A stretch of 63,833 bases of DNA, filler included, from Trichomonas gallinae (Eukaryota), in the NCBI GenBank assembly GCA_008369845.1. It is 7 parts of 7 records of this genome, joined end to end, with 100 filler letters (N's around TTAATTAATTAA, not from the genome) between each part and the next. Parts side by side here need not be neighbours in the genome. Positions count along the whole stretch, not along the records: positions 38,217 to 50,313 come from MRSU01000712.1; positions 50,414 to 61,748 come from MRSU01000714.1; 5 more parts are not named here. One strand, 5' to 3'. The translations under genes and the position numbers were made by a program. Shown here in pieces: positions 41,501 to 51,832 of the stretch (within the stretch, counting starts at the first letter, position 1; the number at the start of each line of letters is the position of its first letter). The notes under the pieces are model-generated. The model was not told the DNA's origin. It did no database searches and saw nothing but the letters and a program-made list of their open reading frames with translations.

Positions 41501-43101
41501 TTCATTTCTTCAAGTTGCTGCCTAAGATTTGATAATTCCTCATTATTTGCTGTAGATTCATTGGATGGAGCGGCTGATTTGAGTTTTCCGTTTTCTTCTT
41601 GAAGATTCATGATTTCGTTCTGGAATTTATCGAGCTGCTGTGCCATATCATTAATTGTTTCATTTAATGTATTTCTTTCTTGTTTGTATTGGTTGAGTTC
41701 TATCTTAAGTGCTTCCTCATCTGGATTCATGGCATCCTGTGACTTTCTTTCTTCATTTTCACGCTTGAGTTGCGAAATTTTCTCTTTAAGTTGTTTATTT
41801 TCGTTTTCCAGGTCATTAATTTCGTTTGAAAGCTGACGAAGCTGCTCATTCGCTGTCTTGTATGACTCTGTAGATTGTGTAAGCTCTTTCATGCTTTTAT
41901 CAAGCTGAATTTGCAAATCTTGATTTTCAGATTTCAGTTTTTCGGTTTCTTCGATTGGTAAAAGGTTGGCGGTTGAGGATCTAAGCAAGATATTTTCATC
42001 TTCTAACTGTTTAACTTTGTCAGCCAAATTAATTTGTTCGTTAAATTCTTGTTTTTGACTATCATCCATTCCTGACTGCAATTTTTCGAGTTTCGCGTTA
42101 AGTTCGTCAATTGTGGCGGATAGTTCATCAGTTTCCTCCTGAAGATCATCTATTTGATTATCTTTATCTGTGATTTGTTCATCTTTCTCTTCGATGTCGC
42201 ATTTAAGATCTTCAACTTCTGTCTTTAGATCATCAATTTGTGTCTGGAATGTCTTACTTTCCTCTCTAAGATTGAATAATTCAACCTGATACTTATCTTT
42301 CAATTCTTTAACGTTCTGATAATCTTCGTTCTCTTTCATAAGCTCTGCTACTCTCTTTTCGAGTGTATCAATCTTCTGGAAATGAATGTTTAATTTTGTA
42401 GCAGAATCTTGCTTCATTTCAAATATTTGATTCTCTAATGCATCGATTATCCTTTGGTCTTCAGTATTGAGCTGCTCGAACTTAGCTTTGAGTGTTTCAA
42501 TCAAATCGAAATATTTCTTGTTCTCGTTATTAACGTTATTTAGCTTTTCCTGCAGTGTGCTGTTGTTGTCTTCGAGATCTTTGAGATTCTTGGTCAGTGA
42601 TTCGATATCTTGAGTTGAATTTTGTTTATTTTGAGAATCTTCCAATGCATTTTGGAGTTTCTTCTTCAACTCTTCATTTTCAGACGACAAACTCTCTATC
42701 TCCTTGGTCAGTTGATCGATTTCTTCGTTAATTTGCGAATTTTGTTCTGAAGAATTCTTTAGAGAGTCAATAGTTGACTTCATTTGCGAATTTTCGTCCA
42801 ATAGCCTCGATATCTCTTGATTAAGCGATTCGATTTTTCCGTTTTCTGTTGCAAGTTTTTGGATTTCATCTTTTAACTTCTTCATTTCTTCCTGCATTTC
42901 CGCATCTTTAGTCTCCAGCTGTTGCTTCAAATTTTCATTCTCATCTGACGCCTTTTCGAACTCAGAAGTAATTGATTCAACTTCAGCCTTAGAATCTTCG
43001 AGTTGCTGCTTCAGCGTCTGTATTTCTTGTAGAGCTTTGTCGCGCTCTGTCGTCACTTCGTCCAGTTCCGTGGCAAGTGCTTCGAGCTCTGAATCACTCA
43101 T
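38527..43101 (-). CDS. Long E/K/N/Q-rich coiled-coil protein with internal repeats
   Basis: About 1520 aa of heptad pattern; recurring (A)NETEKMMxEQLE units; ATG at 43101. Confidence 0.85.
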   Translation of the reverse strand: MSDSELEALATELDEVTTERDKALQEIQTLKQQLEDSKAEVESITSEFEKASDENENLKQQLETKDAEMQEEMKKLKDEIQKLATENGKIESLNQEISRLLDENSQMKSTIDSLKNSSEQNSQINEEIDQLTKEIESLSSENEELKKKLQNALEDSQNKQNSTQDIESLTKNLKDLEDNNSTLQEKLNNVNNENKKYFDLIETLKAKFEQLNTEDQRIIDALENQIFEMKQDSATKLNIHFQKIDTLEKRVAELMKENEDYQNVKELKDKYQVELFNLREESKTFQTQIDDLKTEVEDLKCDIEEKDEQITDKDNQIDDLQEETDELSATIDELNAKLEKLQSGMDDSQKQEFNEQINLADKVKQLEDENILLRSSTANLLPIEETEKLKSENQDLQIQLDKSMKELTQSTESYKTANEQLRQLSNEINDLENENKQLKEKISQLKRENEERKSQDAMNPDEEALKIELNQYKQERNTLNETINDMAQQLDKFQNEIMNLQEENGKLKSAAPSNESTANNEELSNLRQQLEEMKTENEKLKSTNEENEQNKEKLKNEFENLKLQLEDLKKENEQLNEVAAEHETTKQNEEQLRNENENLKLELEGLKIENNQYKQNEANANETEKMMSEQLEKMSNDLSQLESNNSNLRSEVEQLNMKNEALQIENEQIKQTVSNANETEKMMTEQLESMSNSVSKLESDNSRLRNELESSKQQIEELTSKNEQMSLDLEALRISNEQYKTNIINNSETEKAMSEQLEQMSQHITSLEEENSQLRNSTESLKQENEQLKNANQESAKSTGEAKSESDNDKLANLEKENAELKKSLEEEKNSNADVKQQIQSLKQENENLVKDNEKLEISIKEQTEKLENMYEKLQSTQKELSENLESQKTENEHLKLELEGLQIENTQYKQKEANANETEKMMTEQLESMSNSVSKLESDNSQLRNDLESSKHEIESSKQQIEELTSKNEQMSLDLEALRISNEQYKTNFNNNGETEKAMSEQLEQMSQRISSLEEENSQLRNNAASKDVDDEKMKKLYTDLDQLCTTNKELQTENENLLNENKELKAKLEQPQNVKEENQPDNKLTDLEKELNEMKTKNKENETENQKLILENEALKIENNQLKQERLNNLTQESDDIKAKLQTSDDQKSETDKLDDLASRLRELEDELKKNETEVNDFLTLFIEPSEEKELSERISSAKEKVIESQKQKTEVEKALNSAVKQLKKLKTENKNLKTSKNNPCPDNNNTNTGKDEKAALKEENSSLKEQLNELTKKYNSDTKILKTSLVKVKGRLESIRAENDPKLLEDIHQQLKSQAVTIKKLERQNAEKDKQIKDYSKIIKEAKEQSELRFSQLCRSVDSLKNLFDDNFNALTSSCESLSTKLTTHKPAVMTRSTSYPLSPDSKLTVQRLQTASGIMGVKIQEEAGLTELALALANEIILGNAPSSNELVMNELGPPLGVYCEANDETIRLLLEKAKRRLSNYNKIVGKFEKSKFIIEKLRNLALIDREAALSLLQTAFCVN

Positions 43102-43549
43102 TGCCACTCAAACTAAATTTTTATTTTTTTATTTTACATTTCAGACTTCGTTCAGCACACATACCGTATATTCGAAATATTTCCGTTTAAAAAGTGTAAG
43201 TGATCAATTGACACGTAAAGCTTTGAATTATTTGAATATTAAAATTTTCAATCTCAATATTTTTTGTAAAGTTTTCAAAAATGCGATGTTTGTCGTGTAA
43301 ATTTTACAAAATAAGTGGTTCTGACGTGTAAAATATAATTACCTATCTTATTACGGTTTCCTGATGCAGATATTGGTGAATTATTTTACAATTTATTTTT
43401 TGTCATGTAACAATATTTGTAAAGTTTACAAATATTTAATTATGAAAACTATTCAAACCTTGTCAATATGATGATCTACATTTCCCATCGACTTCTCTTT
43501 ATTTACATCTGTTATCTATCAAGACTAGCCAGTTTATCATTGCATTATC

Positions 43550-43672
43550 TTTATCTAAGCAACAATGCCGTGATATCATGTGTTTGGCTTTGGAAATAAA
43601 ATCATTACAGGATATGCAGTTATAACGTAGTGCCCGATCACATATAACAAAGTTGCAATCAGAACACGTCAC
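43550..43672 (-). pseudogene. ZZ-type zinc-finger relic
   Basis: VTCSDCNFVICDRALRYNCISCNDF fits the first half of a ZZ finger; the following C..C is missing. Confidence 0.45.
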
Positions 43673-44006
43673 TTTTTGAAAAAATTGTTGTAGTAAATGT
43701 CGTATTTTACATGTCAAAATCGATGTTTTACACGACAAAAATGTGTATTGGTGAATTTTGCGATAAGCGCATATCCCACCGAGATAATACCAGGGAATAC
43801 CGTGTAGATGCCATTGCTGAAGGAGAGCACCCGGATTTTAAGAGAATATTGTATGTTATTTTATTATATTAAAGTTGAATTTATTTCGTAAGATGCCACT
43901 TCTGGATTCAGAATCCACTCAGTCTATATATGATACATGTTAATTGTTGATGTAAAAATAATTTGACATGTAAAAAACAAATATTTGACGCGTTATTTAT
44001 AAAATT

Positions 44007-46721
44007 ATGGAGGAGCCTGTTTTAGATAAGATTATTGGATGTTCGAATTTAACAAAAAGCAAAATGTCAGTCCACTATGAATCAGGTGCGACTGTATTTG
44101 CATCCCACGGCTTTTTATCCATCGTTGTCCCTCAAAAAAAACAACGTTATGATTTTAAAATCGCAGATGATGGAAGAGAGATTTCAGCATTAGCATTTTC
44201 TGTTAACGAAACATCAGTTGTTGTCGGTGAGCTAGGAACAAGCGCCAGATTATTCATATTCACATTTAATGAAAAATTCGATGCTATTTTATCAAAACAA
44301 GAAATTAAAACGAAAGAAAACGGATTCTCTTACTTAGCATTAAACCAGAAAGCCGGCAAATTGATCACTGTCGGTAACGATGAAAATCCGTTTTTATTAT
44401 TATGGGATTTAACTCAGCCGCGACCAGCGTGTATTGGCTACTACCACCTCCCCGTTGTCCCTCAGCATGTTACTTTCTCTCCAGATTGTAATTTTGCGAT
44501 TGTTTCCGGTGACAAATTGCTCAAAGCTATCGATACTTCTATTTCTTACGCGTCAACGCCATGCATTCTCAAAACACGCAACTTCAATATTGGTAAATAC
44601 AAAACTTCTGTTTTTGTTTCTTCAGCAGTTAATGCTCGTCCTCCTTACAATATTTACAGCCTCACTGATACTGGCACGCTTTGCATCATCGATTCAACAT
44701 CGGTTTCGTTCCAACCACGCAAAAAAGTTTCGAATTCAACACAACGAAATTTGCCTCCTGTTTTAGTGACACCAATTAACTTAAATAACGGTCCTACGAC
44801 TTGTATTACGCTCGATAGAAAAATTATTTTGGTTGGTACTGCGAATGGAAGTATTTTAGCAATTAAACGCGATGGAGATGAACATAGAATATTTGGACAG
44901 TTCGCAGCTGATGGAAAATGTGTGACTGCTGTTGGCATTGCCGATAGAATGATTTCCGCTGCTTATGATGATGGAAGTATAATTTGTTGGCAGAGAAAGA
45001 TCTCATCCGCTCCAATAATTAGTTTGCCTTCACATATTGGCCCTGTTTGTCAATTCTGTTTCGCAAAAGATAAATCAATTGTGATATCTTGTGGAAGCGA
45101 TGGTACTGTCAAAGAATGGCGTATACAAAGGAATAATGGACTTGTAGGAAAGAGCTCACAAGAGCTGATTTTCTCAACACAAGTAACAAGCAAAATTAAA
45201 GATTTTTATTCTCAGCTTTGCGGTGTTCGTTGTATTGCAACATTCGCAAATCTTGTTTTTGCTGGCGATAACAACGGCATTCTTCATGTTCTAGAGCTTT
45301 CAACACTGAATGAACTGCAAAGAGTCATAGAGAACAAAGCAGGCATTTTCTCAATCACTGTTCATCCAAAACTTCCATATCTAGCTACCGGAGGCGCTGA
45401 TGGCGTCATAAGATTGTATAATATTTATCCAGAATCAACATCAGCGGTTTTGAGTCGCACAGAGATTGTAACAGCCCACTCAACACCAATCATGGACATC
45501 TGCTTCGCTGGAATGTCAATTGTTTCATGTTCCACTGATGGAGTCAGATTCATGACGAAAGAGCTCAAGAAATACGCCACATATCATCCAGAAGAGCCAT
45601 GTCTGACCCTCGCCGCTGTCCCCAACGAAAAATTCGTCGTCGCAGGTGGATGCGATCACTCAGTTGTAATTCTTCGCGCAAGTAACGGCACAGTTTTCAG
45701 GCGCTACAAGCTGTCCATGTCCGCCTATCCTCTGCACGTGTGTGTGGACAGGAGTGGTCTGTTCGTCGCTGTTGCAATGAGTGATGGCAGCTGCAGGATA
45801 CTGGATATAATGAGCGGAGATGTTATCGAAATGTTTCTGTCCATGGCAGGAATTATTACGAACGTCGCCTTCCACGAAGATGACATTTTATTGTCTTCTG
45901 TCAGCGGCTGCATAATGAGGTGGAGTCTCCCCAACGCTATACACAACGTCATAACGGAGAAGCTCTCCAAGGACCTCCCGATCATAGACTTGATCGGAGA
46001 CGAGCCTGCGATTCCAATGAACAGGCGAGAAATGGTGACAGCTGGCTCAATGCTGAATTTCTCTGCAGCTCCAAAATCTCACCTCTTCAAGCCGGTCGAA
46101 GAAGAGCCGATGTCCAACGGTCAGCCAGTCATCGGTGAAGAGCTTGATGCTACTGATGGCAATGCAGCTGGATTCGATGCTCCAAGGCCTTCAGTCGTTG
46201 GCAGCGAAGAATCAAAGGTCGATGCGATTGTAAGAGCAAGCTTCGTTCGCGCAAAGAAAGAGAACGACTCTAACAACACGGAGTTCGATTTCCCATCCGC
46301 AAGAGATAGAAAGAGAGAAGAAGATGTTGTAGTTGTTATCGGTGAAGGCCATAACAACACAGGAAAGCTAAGAAACTCAATCTCGCTCAAAAAGAGAAAG
46401 AAGAGTGACAGTGATCCATTTGTCGTCACTGATTCATCGCCTACAAACTCTGGATCCCCTACAATTGCTGTGGCGACAAAGAAAGAGCCGAAGAATAAGA
46501 CAGAAGAGATTCAAAACACAATCGACGAATTCCTAGATGTTGCAACAAGAGTCAAAGAACTTCTTGTTTACAAACCGCAGAACTCTGATGAACAAAGAGC
46601 GCAAAATGAGCTGAGAAAGGTTTACACTGAACTACAGAAAGAATGCATCAAAGAGGAATGGTTCGGACAAATGATGAGCTCATATCTCAACAAATTCTTC
46701 GAATTCATCAAAAAGGACTAG
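44007..46721 (+). CDS. WD40 protein, WDR62/MAPKBP1-like
   Basis: Multiple WD repeats (SCGSDGTVKEW, ATGGADGVIRLY); AGDNNGILHV, VDRSGLFVA and SVSGCIMRWSLP recall WDR62; disordered/coiled tail. Confidence 0.7.
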   Translation: MEEPVLDKIIGCSNLTKSKMSVHYESGATVFASHGFLSIVVPQKKQRYDFKIADDGREISALAFSVNETSVVVGELGTSARLFIFTFNEKFDAILSKQEIKTKENGFSYLALNQKAGKLITVGNDENPFLLLWDLTQPRPACIGYYHLPVVPQHVTFSPDCNFAIVSGDKLLKAIDTSISYASTPCILKTRNFNIGKYKTSVFVSSAVNARPPYNIYSLTDTGTLCIIDSTSVSFQPRKKVSNSTQRNLPPVLVTPINLNNGPTTCITLDRKIILVGTANGSILAIKRDGDEHRIFGQFAADGKCVTAVGIADRMISAAYDDGSIICWQRKISSAPIISLPSHIGPVCQFCFAKDKSIVISCGSDGTVKEWRIQRNNGLVGKSSQELIFSTQVTSKIKDFYSQLCGVRCIATFANLVFAGDNNGILHVLELSTLNELQRVIENKAGIFSITVHPKLPYLATGGADGVIRLYNIYPESTSAVLSRTEIVTAHSTPIMDICFAGMSIVSCSTDGVRFMTKELKKYATYHPEEPCLTLAAVPNEKFVVAGGCDHSVVILRASNGTVFRRYKLSMSAYPLHVCVDRSGLFVAVAMSDGSCRILDIMSGDVIEMFLSMAGIITNVAFHEDDILLSSVSGCIMRWSLPNAIHNVITEKLSKDLPIIDLIGDEPAIPMNRREMVTAGSMLNFSAAPKSHLFKPVEEEPMSNGQPVIGEELDATDGNAAGFDAPRPSVVGSEESKVDAIVRASFVRAKKENDSNNTEFDFPSARDRKREEDVVVVIGEGHNNTGKLRNSISLKKRKKSDSDPFVVTDSSPTNSGSPTIAVATKKEPKNKTEEIQNTIDEFLDVATRVKELLVYKPQNSDEQRAQNELRKVYTELQKECIKEEWFGQMMSSYLNKFFEFIKKD

Positions 46722-46861
46722 ATAATAATAATTGTTTGATAATAGATCTAATTTTTTTGTATGTATATCACTATTTATTTTGTTATAAAATGTATATTTA
46801 GTATACTATATATAGTTTTTAAAGCATTCGTCCTAAAAATCATTCTTTTTTTTTTCAATTA

Positions 46862-47430
46862 ATTCTCAGATATAATTCCAGGGACTGTGAGAAGGAGTTT
46901 GACAATTTCGTGATGACCATTTTTTGAAGCAAAAACTAATGCTGTTTTGTTGAATTTATCTTTGGCGTTAATATCTATCCCAGGAATGGTGAGGAAAAGC
47001 TTGACAACTTCATAATGACCTTCTCTTGAGGCAAGAATTAATTAATATATGTCGCTGTTTCGAGATCTCGATTCCAACAACTGAGAGAAGGAGTTTGACT
47101 ATTTTATGATATCCTCCTTTTGTAGCGTGTATTGTTTACTTTGTCTTTTGCGTCTACATCGATTCCATATACTGAGAGAAGGAGTTTGACTATTTCATAA
47201 GGGCCATTTCTTGAGGCTATAATAAGAGGTGTTGGACTCGTCTATTGTGTTGATATTTATATTGGGTAATGTGAGAAGGAATCTAACGAGTTCTGGATGG
47301 TTATACCATGAAGCAGAAATTAAACCTTCATTAATATCAAATGGCAAAGGATTATTTTTGTCAAGATCCTGGGAACAATCTTTGATTCTTCTAAATTCTA
47401 TCATGAGACGAGTAAGTTCAATATCATGTT
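46862..47430 (-). pseudogene. Frameshifted ankyrin-repeat gene
   Basis: ASWYNHPELVRFLLTLPNININTID and ASREGHYEVVKLFLTIPGIDINAKDKFNKTALVFASKNGHHEIVKLLLTVPGI, separated by broken repeats. Confidence 0.85.
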
Positions 47431-47739
47431 GAATGATAGATTTCTGAAATATTTCTGAACGAAATATTCCCTATTTATGATATCTTTTGCAGGATTGTAC
47501 AAATGCATAGCAAAATTCATAGCTTCAAAATCGTTTTCTTTTGTAATGCGAAAGTATATATCATAGATTTCGTCGAACATATTTGATGATTTTGGTATTT
47601 TTTCAGATCTTCAATATTATGATTAACTGTTTGAGCTTATGCATCTATGGATGCTATCTGTGACTGTGGATCTGAAAATTGTAGAGTTCGAGAGCTACCT
47701 TCATCTTTATACTCGATAGATTCCATGAAATGATAAATA

Positions 47740-48393
47740 ATGTTGGCAAAAAATAATAATAAGGGGGAGCAACCAAAAAATAATATTAATAAGGGGGAGC
47801 AACCAAAAATTGATATGAGTGTTGTAGCTTATTTCATTCATGGATATTCAGGTTGGGGTGATAATTGTTTCTTTCCTGATATCAAAGAACAGCTCAAGAA
47901 TGCTGGTGTGATATCACACTCACCAGATTTGCCAAATCCAAAACGTCCGCTTTATCCTGAATGGGAATTCACACTTTCAAACTTAATAAATGAAACATGG
48001 CATGGAGAGAAGATAATATTTTGTACGCATTCTATGGGAGGCTATTTTATTTTAAGATTCATATCAAATCATATTGGAGAAGAATGGATTAAGCACATTC
48101 AAGGACTCTGTTTGGTTGGTCCAAGCTCATTAAAGAGGCCAGAATACATGCCTATGTATGATGAAGATCTTCAACTTGAAAAAATCGCAAATCTTTCAAT
48201 ACAAATTCATGTTCTATATAGTATAGACGATCCTAGAATTCCAAAAACTCATATTGAGTTATTACAAAAATATCTTGGAAATATGTCCGGATTTCATTAC
48301 CATGAGTTCGCAAATTACGCTCATTTCCAAGTCAAAAAAGTACCTGAAGCAGCAGACGTTTGTTTAAAGTTAGTAAATGAAGCAAATAATTAA
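47740..48393 (+). CDS. RBBP9/YdeN-family alpha/beta serine hydrolase
   Basis: FIHGYSG, PDLPNP..P...EW, nucleophile THSMGG, SIDDP, AHF triad; alternative start at MSVVAY (47815). Confidence 0.85.
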   Translation: MLAKNNNKGEQPKNNINKGEQPKIDMSVVAYFIHGYSGWGDNCFFPDIKEQLKNAGVISHSPDLPNPKRPLYPEWEFTLSNLINETWHGEKIIFCTHSMGGYFILRFISNHIGEEWIKHIQGLCLVGPSSLKRPEYMPMYDEDLQLEKIANLSIQIHVLYSIDDPRIPKTHIELLQKYLGNMSGFHYHEFANYAHFQVKKVPEAADVCLKLVNEANN

Positions 48394-48590
48394 ATAAATT
48401 CCAATCAATCACTTGAAGCAATTGCCATTAACATATATAACCATTAGTTCAATATTTTCATATTAAAAGAAGCCTATCCAAAAAAAATTTTTTTTATTTT
48501 TTTCTATAGATTGAAGATGATCAAAAATATTTTAATATTTAAAAAAACTAGATGCATAGATAATTATTTAAAAACAATACAAAAAGATAA

Positions 48591-49676
48591 TTATTCAATT
48601 AACAAATTCTTTGGTATTTGGCATAGCATTCCTGTAGGTTTGTGAGTTACTATAACAAAATCTCCAAGATCGCATCTGATAACAACATCATCGCCTTGTT
48701 TAAGAGTGACAACATCAGTAAAGTCTACATTTACTTTAGTAACCTTATCGTTGAAGCCAGTATCATACAAATCATCGTAACTTATATACTCAGACACATT
48801 AAAGTCGAACATATGTGGCTGATAAAAAGCTTGTGGAACAGATAACTGATTTAAGTCATCAATGTATTCATTGATATAATCTTTATCTGTGTATGTCTTG
48901 AAATTGTCAATCTTGTATTGTACATCATTAGCCAAATCGTTTAATTTTTGTGGAATTAAATCTAATTGCTTATATAAGTGTGTTATACATTGCTGAACCA
49001 ATGTTTCCTTTTCAATATTAATGTGCTCGACTTTAGAAAGTAGTTCTTCCATTTGAATATTATATTGAATTTTTTGATCATTAAAAGTGGTTAAATATTC
49101 TGAAAGATTATGCTGTGCATCATCGTATTTAAGCTTAAGCTGCTCATATTTTTCGCGAATTTCGGGATCAGGTTCATCAACCAAAATTTTGTGTGTTTCT
49201 TCTATATCTCTGCAAATTTCGAAGTATTTATCGCATAATTCTCTGAGTGTTGCTTTCATTGTTTCATTTGTGCTTGTGTATTGTCGATAAGATTCTTCGA
49301 GTTCGGAAATATTTTTCTGAAATGTTATCTCGATCTTTCCATACTTCTTTAGGAATGTTTTTTCTATCTCGTTCAACATATCCATGGTGAATTCATTGCC
49401 AGTAAACGTTTGCAAAAATAAGTCAACCAAATTTTTAAGCGAATCATTTTGTTTGTTTTCATTGGAAGATTGATTCTTCTTAAAGAACAGTAATCGTCTC
49501 TTTTCCTCTGCTTTAGGTATTGAATTTATGAGATTTGTTGTTTCAGATTGAATTGATCTAAAATTGTTGCAAATTTCATTAACTGCCTTGCTAACGCTGT
49601 CCATTATAGCCACAGAGATGCCCATTGACTCTTTTATGACATCCATGGCTGTATTGTAATCTAGATATTCACCCAT
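48591..49676 (-). CDS. F-BAR-like helical protein with degenerate C-terminal SH3-like domain
   Basis: Long amphipathic helical region, then KVNVDF...LKQGDDV...TG..CQIPKNLL. Confidence 0.55.
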   Translation of the reverse strand: MGEYLDYNTAMDVIKESMGISVAIMDSVSKAVNEICNNFRSIQSETTNLINSIPKAEEKRRLLFFKKNQSSNENKQNDSLKNLVDLFLQTFTGNEFTMDMLNEIEKTFLKKYGKIEITFQKNISELEESYRQYTSTNETMKATLRELCDKYFEICRDIEETHKILVDEPDPEIREKYEQLKLKYDDAQHNLSEYLTTFNDQKIQYNIQMEELLSKVEHINIEKETLVQQCITHLYKQLDLIPQKLNDLANDVQYKIDNFKTYTDKDYINEYIDDLNQLSVPQAFYQPHMFDFNVSEYISYDDLYDTGFNDKVTKVNVDFTDVVTLKQGDDVVIRCDLGDFVIVTHKPTGMLCQIPKNLLIE

Positions 49677-50237
49677 TATAATGATTTTTCGTTTTTGTCA
49701 GATTGTCATTTTTTGTCAGATTTTTCTTCCAATTATGTGGTTTAGAAACTATTAATATCGCACATCGGATTTATATATAGTATGGCAGGTAGTTGTATAA
49801 TTAATCAATAAAATGGAATTTTTATACATTATTTCCCTCCGAAATCTCGATTTTAAATATTGTCACTTTTCATTCAAAATTGTCAAAAAGTGGCATTTTC
49901 AATTTCTGTCTTAAAAATTAGGGACAGGCATGATTATTGAGACGACTTTGTCAACATGATACTTTACAACGGCAGAAAATGTTTACATGACAAAATCTCT
50001 CATTTATAATTAAATACAACATGACATGACGTAATTAACGCTGATAATGCTTGTATATGTAATGAAAACTATTCGACATCTGCTGACTATTATAAATATT
50101 GTATTATTTTCACATTTTGCTGACAATGTTGTGGGTAAAAACTTCTAAAAAAAATCGAGTTTCGTAATTTTGACGAAAAATGTAAACTTGGCATGTAAAT
50201 TTCTTCTATACATGACAAACTGTCATGTAAAACTATA

Positions 50238-50313
50238 TAAAGGTTGTCCGGCAGAAAAATACAACTAAAAATTCTGTAAATTAATAATATAGAATGAGCA
50301 CATAGTGACCATT
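50238..50313 (-). mobile_element. Opposite arm of the putative small TIR element
   Basis: TAAAGGTTGTCCGGCAGA terminus; 22-nt reverse-complement overlap with 23218-23239. Confidence 0.55.
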
Positions 50314-50413
50314 NNNNNNNNNNNNNNNNNNNNNNNNNNNNNNNNNNNNNNNNNNNNTTAATTAATTAANNNNNNNNNNNNNNNNNNNNNNNNNNNNNNN
50401 NNNNNNNNNNNNN
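50314..50413. other. Artificial contig linker
   Basis: 44N-TTAATTAATTAA-44N. Confidence 0.98.
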
Positions 50414-50484
50414 AGCTTGCGGCAAGCGCGGAAGACGAGACGGCCGATTCTGCCGAAACCATTGATAGCAACCTTGACAACCAT
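50414..50484 (-). CDS. GAPDH: GAPDH, first 23 codons (truncated; absent from ORF track)
   Basis: Reverse complement translates MVVKVAINGFGRIGRLVFRACRK. Confidence 0.96.
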
Positions 50485-50495
50485 GTCTAGATTAA

Positions 50496-50505
50496 AGTGA
50501 TGTGA
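50496..50505 (-). promoter_or_regulatory. Tandem Inr (TCACATCACT) of GAPDH
   Basis: 11 nt upstream of the ATG. Confidence 0.7.
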
Positions 50506-51832
50506 GCACTCATCTCACAAGAATTCGCTCAAAAAATAATTCAGTCATCAGTGGTCACCTAATTTCTGAAAATTGTTCTCAATTTTTTGCTTAAGTTCAC
50601 ATCACTTATACTCTATATATCTATTACAATAATTATATCCAAAATATTTTTTGCTTTTCAAAAATTTTTATTGCAAAAAACAACTGTATAAATTATAAAT
50701 GTCTTATGAACCATGAAAAAATTGAGAAGTTAACAACATTCAAATTTCGATCAAAAAAAAAATTATTGCTCTAGAATTTTCCAAGGAATACAGCCAATAT
50801 TCGTTAAGATAATAGACCAATGGTTCATTTGTTGTGTTTTCTACTGAAGGATGTTCGCTCAAAAATGCGATTTTCATTACAAAAAAAAAATAATTTGTTT
50901 CTTATTCATTAATAATGTAAGATATTGCAAATAAAACTCTTTTGCTTTTATATTTCATCATTATTATCGTGAACGAATGCCTTATGATGCATAAAAATCA
51001 AGAAATGAGTAAAAAAGGAGTTTTGAACTATTATTCTAATATAGTTTGATTGTTGTACAACAAACACGCAACGAATAAAAGAAACTCTTGCCATTTTTGA
51101 AGAAATCGGATAATTCTTCCATGTTTCATAGTTACAATTGGTTTGGTTGATCATAATTTTTTGCCTATGTCTACACATTCATCTTATGCTTGTTCTCCTT
51201 CGAATATTCAAACTATTTCGAAAATCAAAAAATCATTACATTTCTTACTGTTTTTCCATTTTAACATTTGAATGTGGTAGAAAATCAGATTTTCTATCGT
51301 TCTACAATGTCTAATAACTGAAAACCTTCATTATTTTTGATCAATAATTTCAAATCAGCCGCTGCATGTAATTTGATTCATATTATGATTCTATATTTGC
51401 TACAAATTGTAAAACTTATCCAAAATATATATATTTTCCTTCATAATATCCTTTCTGGATCTAAAATCCTAAAAAAAGATATGCAACATGTAAATTTTAA
51501 TGATAAATTATTTAATATAACAACTTCTGAGTGTGTACACAAAATATAATGATAAGAGGTGAAAAGTATGAAAACAAAATAAAATATTGCACATTGGCTA
51601 ATTTCACATAGAGTAAATCCTTTATTATTGCCAATGTAATTGATTCATGATATAAATTTTACTTAAAAATCACTATTTGACTACATTTTAAATTGAAATT
51701 AAGGAAAATGATGCATTTGGAGTATTTTTGATTGAGAAAATGGATTATATATCGTATAACTATGTTATACTTGTAGTAAAATGAGTTTGATTTGGATCAA
51801 AATTTTCGAAAAGTGACAATATTTTTGCCAAA

